Shown here piece by piece: positions 58,618 to 64,000 of a stretch of DNA of 64,000 nucleotides (position 1 is the first letter of the stretch; the number at the start of each line of letters is the position of its first letter). The position numbers and the translations under genes are program-made. The notes below the pieces were generated by a model that did no database searches, had not been told where the DNA came from, and saw only the letters and a program-made list of their open reading frames with translations. The stretch comes from Dehalococcoidia bacterium (GTDB taxonomy: Bacteria; Chloroflexota; Dehalococcoidia; DSTF01; JACRBR01): the NCBI GenBank assembly GCA_021731085.1, contig JAKFYB010000015.1:81745-145744 (forward strand). Direction: 5' to 3'.

Positions 58618-60909
58618 TTAGCTGACGAGAGCGGCCGGTTCACGATCGACGTCCTGGTCGACCACGATTTCCGGCGACAGCAATAGCTGCTGGAGGAGAA
58701 CGCGCACCGCGGCCGGATCGGCTACGCGGTACGGCGCGATGCTCGGGCCGTCACCCACTCTGAGGCAGATCGCGTCGGCGGGCAGCGCTGCGAAAAGGTC
58801 TTCATCGGTGCGGTCATCGCCGATCGCGAGCGTGTGCGCCTGCGGGTCGGCCTCGGAGAGGATGAGCGGGACGACGACGCCCTTGTGTACGCCCATCGGG
58901 CGCACTTCAACGACCTTCGAGCCGGACAGCACTTGCATGGGCTCATTGCTAAGAAGCTCAGCGAGCAGAAGGCGCAGCTCCTTCGCCTGCTGGTCACCGA
59001 AGTCGTTCTGGTCATCGAACTCCGCGGTGGCGAGGCGATAGTGCCAGGCGATGGACGCCGTTTTTTCTTCGATGAAGCTGCCGCGCGTGGTTGATGTGAA
59101 GTGCTCGAAGATCGGGCGCACTTTGTCTTTGAGGCGCGGGTGTACAGGCCGAACGAGAATCCACGGTTCGCCAGCATGCAGCCGCGACCAGAGGCCATGC
59201 TCGGCGTGGAGGCCGATGGGCATATGGCCGAGCCAGCGATCCATCGACTGGCGCGCGCGGCCTGTGACAACGTGTACGCGGGTGCCGGGCCGTGCGGCTA
59301 GCTGTTCGAGCAAGCGGAGGAGTTCGGGATCCGGCTGGGCCGCGTCCGGTGTCGCGGCGAACGGCATGATCGTGCCGTCGTAGTCGAGGATGAGCGTGAG
59401 GCTCGGTGCGGTCTGGAGCGTCTGTGCGATCACCATCGGCGACGCGGTTGGCTCGAGGGCGAGCTCGCGCGCCTGCAATTCGCGCCGGTTGCGGCGCATG
59501 GCGTCGAGGAACGACTGTGACCAGCGGTCGGCGTCGTGGCTCATCACGCGGAGACGGAGCGCGCGCATACGCGAACGGCGTTCCATCGCCGGCATCAGCA
59601 GCGCCTGGCGGATGCGGTGGGCCATCGCCTCGATGTCATAGGGGTTTACCTGCAACGCCTCACCAAGTTCGGATGCGGCTCCCGCGAACTCGCTCAAGAC
59701 AAGCACACCGTCCCGGTCCGTGCGGGATGCAACGAACTCCTTAGCGACGAGGTTCATGCCGTCGCGAAGCGGCGTGACAAGCATGACGTCGGCGGCCTTG
59801 TACAGCGCGGTGACCTCCTCTTCGGAGAGTGACCTGTGCAGCGAGTGGATGGGCACCCAGCCGGGTGTGCCGTACGTGCTGTTGATGCGGCCGACCAGTT
59901 CGTCGATTTTGCGGCGGAGATCCGCATAGGGTCCGATTTTTTCACGCGAGGGAACCGTTACTTGCAACAGGCGGACGCGTTCTGCGAGCGAAGGGTCGAG
60001 CTGAAACAGGCGTTCGAGCGCGAGGAGCCGGCGCCCGATGCCCTTCGTGTAGTCGAGGCGGTCGATTCCAACGAGGAGCTTCTTTTCGCCGCCTTCGCTG
60101 CGGATCTCCTTCATGCGTTCGATCACGCCGGGCTGCTCGGCGCGTTCCTCCCACGCGGCGGCATCGATGCCCATCGGGAATACGCCGAGGCGCACTTCGT
60201 GGCCCTGCACGAGAACGCGATCAACATCGACATCCACACCGAGCACACGCCGGAGCGACGTCGCGAAGTGGCGGAGGTACGGGGGCGTGTGAAAGCCGAT
60301 CAGGTCTGCGCCAAGCAAGCCTTCGAGAATTTCCTCTCGCCAGGGCAGAATGCTGAAGACTTCCGACGACGGAAAGGGAATGTGGAGGAAGAAGCCGATG
60401 TTCGCGCCGGGCAGCCGTTCGCGCAGCATCTTCGGGAGGAGCATCAGCTGGTAGTCGTGGATCCAAATGAGGTCGCCGGGTTGATACTGGGCGACCACGG
60501 CGTCGGCGAACTTTTCGTTGGCCTCGCGGTAGGTCTCCCAGCCGCGGGCTTCCTGCGGTACCTGATCGACCATGTAGTGAAACAGCGGCCAAAGGACGCC
60601 ATTCGAGATGTCGTCGTAGAAGCGGCGCACTTCCGTGCGGGACAGGTGAACGGGCACACAGCGCAGTTCGGCGAGACGTTCGTCGAGCTCGCTGCGGCGC
60701 TTGGCGCGCAGCTTGGGCAGCTCACCCGGCCAGCCAATCCAGAGGCTCCCGGAGCGTTCATGCGGGCCGCGAAGCCCTGTCGCGAGCCCGCCGCTGGAGG
60801 ACTCGACATGGACCCCGTTCGCGTCGACGACGGCGGTGACTGGCAGGCGGTTCGAAACGAGAAGCAACCGCCCGGAGCGCTGCTCTGTCGATGGTCGATT
60901 GGTATCCAG
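58618..60909 (-). CDS. otsA: bifunctional trehalose-6-phosphate synthase/phosphatase (OtsA-OtsB fusion)
   Basis: [57 protein letters not shown]; [22 protein letters not shown]. Start proposed at CTG 60909; GTG 60939 is the alternative. Confidence 0.95.
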   Translation of the reverse strand: MDTNRPSTEQRSGRLLLVSNRLPVTAVVDANGVHVESSSGGLATGLRGPHERSGSLWIGWPGELPKLRAKRRSELDERLAELRCVPVHLSRTEVRRFYDDISNGVLWPLFHYMVDQVPQEARGWETYREANEKFADAVVAQYQPGDLIWIHDYQLMLLPKMLRERLPGANIGFFLHIPFPSSEVFSILPWREEILEGLLGADLIGFHTPPYLRHFATSLRRVLGVDVDVDRVLVQGHEVRLGVFPMGIDAAAWEERAEQPGVIERMKEIRSEGGEKKLLVGIDRLDYTKGIGRRLLALERLFQLDPSLAERVRLLQVTVPSREKIGPYADLRRKIDELVGRINSTYGTPGWVPIHSLHRSLSEEEVTALYKAADVMLVTPLRDGMNLVAKEFVASRTDRDGVLVLSEFAGAASELGEALQVNPYDIEAMAHRIRQALLMPAMERRSRMRALRLRVMSHDADRWSQSFLDAMRRNRRELQARELALEPTASPMVIAQTLQTAPSLTLILDYDGTIMPFAATPDAAQPDPELLRLLEQLAARPGTRVHVVTGRARQSMDRWLGHMPIGLHAEHGLWSRLHAGEPWILVRPVHPRLKDKVRPIFEHFTSTTRGSFIEEKTASIAWHYRLATAEFDDQNDFGDQQAKELRLLLAELLSNEPMQVLSGSKVVEVRPMGVHKGVVVPLILSEADPQAHTLAIGDDRTDEDLFAALPADAICLRVGDGPSIAPYRVADPAAVRVLLQQLLLSPEIVVDQDVDREPAALVS

Positions 60910-60977
60910 AGATGCATCCTTCGCTCGCAAACGGCACACGGGCGACTAGCATCGCCGCGCACATCGTCGTGCCGCGT

Positions 60978-61106
60978 CCTTCTCTGGCCTACGAGGTTAG
61001 CTGTCGGGTTCGGTCTGAGAAGGTGACCTACCCGCCGCCCGAAGGCGAGATTCACCCCGCGAAATGGTCCCCCCGCTCCGCAAGCTGTTGCGGATTCGGC
61101 CGTCCC
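60978..61106 (-). ncRNA. c-di-AMP (ydaO/yuaA) riboswitch
   Basis: On -: CCGAATCC..GGAGCGGGGGGACCA..GGGGTGAATC..GTAGGTCACCTTCTC..CCGAACCCGACAGCTAACCTCGTAGGC, the ydaO consensus blocks in order; CCTTCTC/GAGAAGG pseudoknot; TACCCT -10 at 61116-61111. Confidence 0.92.
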
Positions 61107-61184
61107 ATACAGGGTAGCAAAACAGGCGAGCGGCTTTCTCGCACCCCTCATGGAGGCGATCGCCGTCGGGATTGCAGGTACGTA

Positions 61185-61646
61185 TCAATCGGCGACTTCG
61201 AAGATGAATTCGGCCTCGACGCTGGCCCCCATTGGCAGCTCAGCGACTCCGATCGCGGCTCGCGCGCCTAGACCTACGTCGCCAAATACGTCGCGGAGGA
61301 GGTCGGAAGCGCCGTTGGCGACCGAAGGCTGTTCGCCAAATCCCGAAGCTGAGGCGACGTACACATTCGACTTCACAACGCGCGTCACCATCGCGAGTGA
61401 TCCGACCTGCTGGCGAACGACGGCAAGGGCCTGGATGGCGCACAAGCGGGCGGCCTCCTGCGCCTGGACGACCGTGACTTCGGCGCCGAGCTTGCCGGGA
61501 TACAGGATGGCGCCGTCTCGAACACCAATCTGCCCTGACACGAAGACGAGGTTCCCCGTGCGGACGGCGGGAACGTAGGCCCAGCGCGGCGCAGGCACGG
61601 AAGGCAGCTCGATACCAAGCTCAGTCAGTCGTTCGTCAGGGGACAT
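61185..61646 (-). CDS. RidA/YjgF-family protein
   Basis: AYVPAVRTGNLVFVSGQ, VANGASDLL, ARAAIGVAELP, VEAE. Confidence 0.92.
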   Translation of the reverse strand: MSPDERLTELGIELPSVPAPRWAYVPAVRTGNLVFVSGQIGVRDGAILYPGKLGAEVTVVQAQEAARLCAIQALAVVRQQVGSLAMVTRVVKSNVYVASASGFGEQPSVANGASDLLRDVFGDVGLGARAAIGVAELPMGASVEAEFIFEVAD

Positions 61647-61807
61647 GTGTCGCCTCCAAAGTCGCTGAGGGAATGATGGATCTTTAACAAGTTGTCGGGA
61701 ACGGCTTAACAGGGGGTGCGTATGATGGCTCTGTAGACAACAGCGCTGTGACCATGCTCCCCCGGTCGCAGCGCTGTTTCTTTTTGTCCGCCCGTGCGCG
61801 GGCTGTG

Positions 61808-62242
61808 CTACTTCACGACAACCTTTACTTCATCCGGCGGGTAGAAGATCCCTGTATAGGCGATGTTCAGTGTGTACTCGCCGGGCGCGTTAAAGCGGAC
61901 ATAGGCGGAGTCGCCGAGCCCAGCTGCGGCCTCGATCAAAACCGTGCCCGGCGGGATGGGTTTCTCGTCGTAACCTGGAGCTTCGGGCAACTGCTCGACA
62001 TCATCGCTCGCGAGCCTCAAGGAGCGAGGTAACGACGACTGATTGTTCAGTTGGAGCTCGATGATTTCGCCGGCCTCGACCTGAATGTCGAGCGGCCAAT
62101 GTTCCTCGTCGGCAACGGAGATGATGACCGTCCGAGCGGGGCCGGCATCAGCGCCACCGCCGGTGACTTGCGCGAGGATCACGAAGCCCGCGCCGATGAG
62201 GATCACCGCCGCGAACAAGGCGCCGAGTGTGTACTTGAGCAC
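61808..62242 (-). CDS. exported cupredoxin-like protein lacking copper ligands
   Basis: N-terminal TM, IQVEAGEIIELQLNN and FNAPGEYT pattern, no Cys. Confidence 0.6.
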   Translation of the reverse strand: MLKYTLGALFAAVILIGAGFVILAQVTGGGADAGPARTVIISVADEEHWPLDIQVEAGEIIELQLNNQSSLPRSLRLASDDVEQLPEAPGYDEKPIPPGTVLIEAAAGLGDSAYVRFNAPGEYTLNIAYTGIFYPPDEVKVVVK

Positions 62243-62403
62243 GTAGGTTCAGCCGTTCCTGCGTGGCGTTGGGTGTGACACGCCAAGATAGACGGTAGCC
62301 GGTCGATCTGACAAACGTAGGCTACCCGGTGGGCGTATCCTCGCTCGTCAAGGTAGCCGGCGGCGGACGCGCTAACATGCCGATCCAGGGCACGGAGGAG
62401 TCG

Positions 62404-63411
62404 ATGCAAGAAGATCAGGGCCCCGTTCACGCACCGGAGTTCCCGGCGAGTTCGACCTGGCTGCAGGGCGGGCCGCTGACGGTGGCCAGCCTGCGCGGGC
62501 GGCCGATGCTGATCGACTTCTGGGACTACACCTGCGTGAACTGCATACGGACGCTGCCCTACGTCAAGGAATGGCACCACAGGTATAGCTCACTGGGGCT
62601 GACGGTTGTCGGCGTTCATGCGCCTGAATTCTCGTTCGCGCGCGAGGCCGGCAACGTGCAGCGTGCGGTACGCGTGCACGGCATTGAGTATCCCGTTGTT
62701 CTCGACAACGAGTACGCCATCTGGCAGTCGTACGCGAACCGTTACTGGCCGGCTAAGTACTTGATCGACGGGAAGGGCTACATTCGCGGCTACCATCACG
62801 GCGAGGGCGCATATCGCGAGATCGAGGAGGCGTTGCAGGCGCTGCTGCGCGAGTCCTTTCCAGAGATCCTGCTTCCGGGCCTGATGGATCCTGTGCGAGA
62901 CGAGGACAAGCCGGGGGCCGTCTGCTACCGCGTGACGCCGGAGCTGTATCTCGGGTACGCGCGCGGGAGTTTCGGCAACGTGAAGGATATGCAGCCTGAC
63001 AAACCGGCGACGTACACGGACCCCGGCAAGCACACGGACGGCGTAACGTACCTCAGCGGCGACTGGTTGATGTCCGGCGAGTACCTGGCGCGGCCGGCGG
63101 GTGCGACGGGTGTGAGCAGCCTGACGGTGCCGTACATGTCGAAGGACGTTAATCTCGTCATCCACCCGCCGACGTATGGCGGCGCCGCGACAATCAGCGT
63201 GACGCAGGACGGCGAGCCGTTGGCCGTTGAGGATGCCGGCGACGACGTGAAGGTCGGCGCAGCCACGTCCGTCGTGACGGTGGATGCGCCGCGGATGTAC
63301 CGGCTGGTGAGCAATCGAGACATCGATCGCCACGAGCTGACACTGACGACGACGTCTGACGGCGTGTCGATGTACGCCTTCACATTCACTTCCTGCGTGA
63401 TGCCCGAATGA
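62404..63411 (+). CDS. thioredoxin-like redoxin with DipZ-type C-terminal domain
   Basis: DFWDYTCVNC, GVHAPEF, NRYWPAKYLID, TPELYLG, PRMYRLV, YAFTF; GGAGGAG RBS. Confidence 0.9.
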   Translation: MQEDQGPVHAPEFPASSTWLQGGPLTVASLRGRPMLIDFWDYTCVNCIRTLPYVKEWHHRYSSLGLTVVGVHAPEFSFAREAGNVQRAVRVHGIEYPVVLDNEYAIWQSYANRYWPAKYLIDGKGYIRGYHHGEGAYREIEEALQALLRESFPEILLPGLMDPVRDEDKPGAVCYRVTPELYLGYARGSFGNVKDMQPDKPATYTDPGKHTDGVTYLSGDWLMSGEYLARPAGATGVSSLTVPYMSKDVNLVIHPPTYGGAATISVTQDGEPLAVEDAGDDVKVGAATSVVTVDAPRMYRLVSNRDIDRHELTLTTTSDGVSMYAFTFTSCVMPE

Positions 63412-64000
63412 CAGCGACAATCGACGAACGCGCGAAGCAGCTATACGGCGAGGGCTCGGCCTCGCTGGCCGCGCTGTGGGATGAGGATGCCGGCATGTGC
63501 CGCCACGACGGGCATCCGGACTACCACAGCCCGCGCGCAACCCTTGGATATGCCGGCGTGCTCCTACGTGAACCAACGGCCTCGAATGTCGAACGCGCGA
63601 CCGTCGCCATCCGCGCGGCGTTGGGGCTGCAGGAGTTGCGCGAGCAAGACGCGCACTACGGCAACTTCAAGTGGATGCTCGAAGACGAGTGCGTGACCGA
63701 CCTCAACGGCGTGGAGTTCGTGCTCGACGGGCTGAACTTTCTCGTGCGGGAATACGCCGCCGTCATACCGCCTGATCTTGCGACGGAGATGCGGGAGGCG
63801 ATACGCGTCGGACTGATCGCGATCGATCGGCTCGACGTGCATCCCAGTTACACGAACATTGCGCTGAGCGACATCTGCAACAGCATCCTTGGCGGCGAGA
63901 CGATCGAGGACGACCAGTACATCGAACGGGGCGCGCGCAGGCTCGACGAGTGGTTCGCGTTCACGAACCTGTCCGGCGCGCCACATGAATACAACAGCCC
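63408..64000 (+). CDS. hypothetical protein, N-terminal part (runs off the window edge)
   Basis: Not in the ORF track; ATG overlaps the upstream TGA; open frame MTATIDERAK..HYGNFKW..DLNGVEF..SYTNIAL..HEYNS. Confidence 0.8.
   Translation, partial: MTATIDERAKQLYGEGSASLAALWDEDAGMCRHDGHPDYHSPRATLGYAGVLLREPTASNVERATVAIRAALGLQELREQDAHYGNFKWMLEDECVTDLNGVEFVLDGLNFLVREYAAVIPPDLATEMREAIRVGLIAIDRLDVHPSYTNIALSDICNSILGGETIEDDQYIERGARRLDEWFAFTNLSGAPHEYNS

Overview
High-GC bacterial chromosomal DNA, probably from a monoderm Chloroflexota/Dehalococcoidia-like organism (inferred from F420-type oxidoreductases, MurT-GatD, a sortase-type tail and Thr/Pro-rich dockerin-like surface proteins; not proven). It holds about 55 mostly housekeeping or metabolic genes. 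I found no rRNA, tRNA, CRISPR array, transposase or integrase. Most long opposite-strand ORFs in the supplied track are high-GC shadow ORFs. The strongest signals are: (1) a trehalose/alpha-glucan cluster (53.3-61.1 kb) in which an apparently catalytically dead TreT paralogue overlaps the start of an intact TreT, followed by glgC and a GH57, converging on a fused otsA-otsB gene that sits under a clear c-di-AMP (ydaO) riboswitch; (2) three perfect parS sites at 41.3-42.5 kb, two of them in a parS-spacer-REP module of near-constant spacing that brackets one SDR gene, near an apparent C-rich to G-rich strand-bias switch; (3) a palindromic repeat inserted in frame in an FAD oxidoreductase, with a free copy 1.8 kb away; (4) many probable leaderless genes and several probable non-canonical start codons; (5) two adjacent surface proteins sharing a six-residue TRTV repeat; (6) a VanW-G5 pseudogene. 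All family calls come from motif recognition by eye, not database searches.
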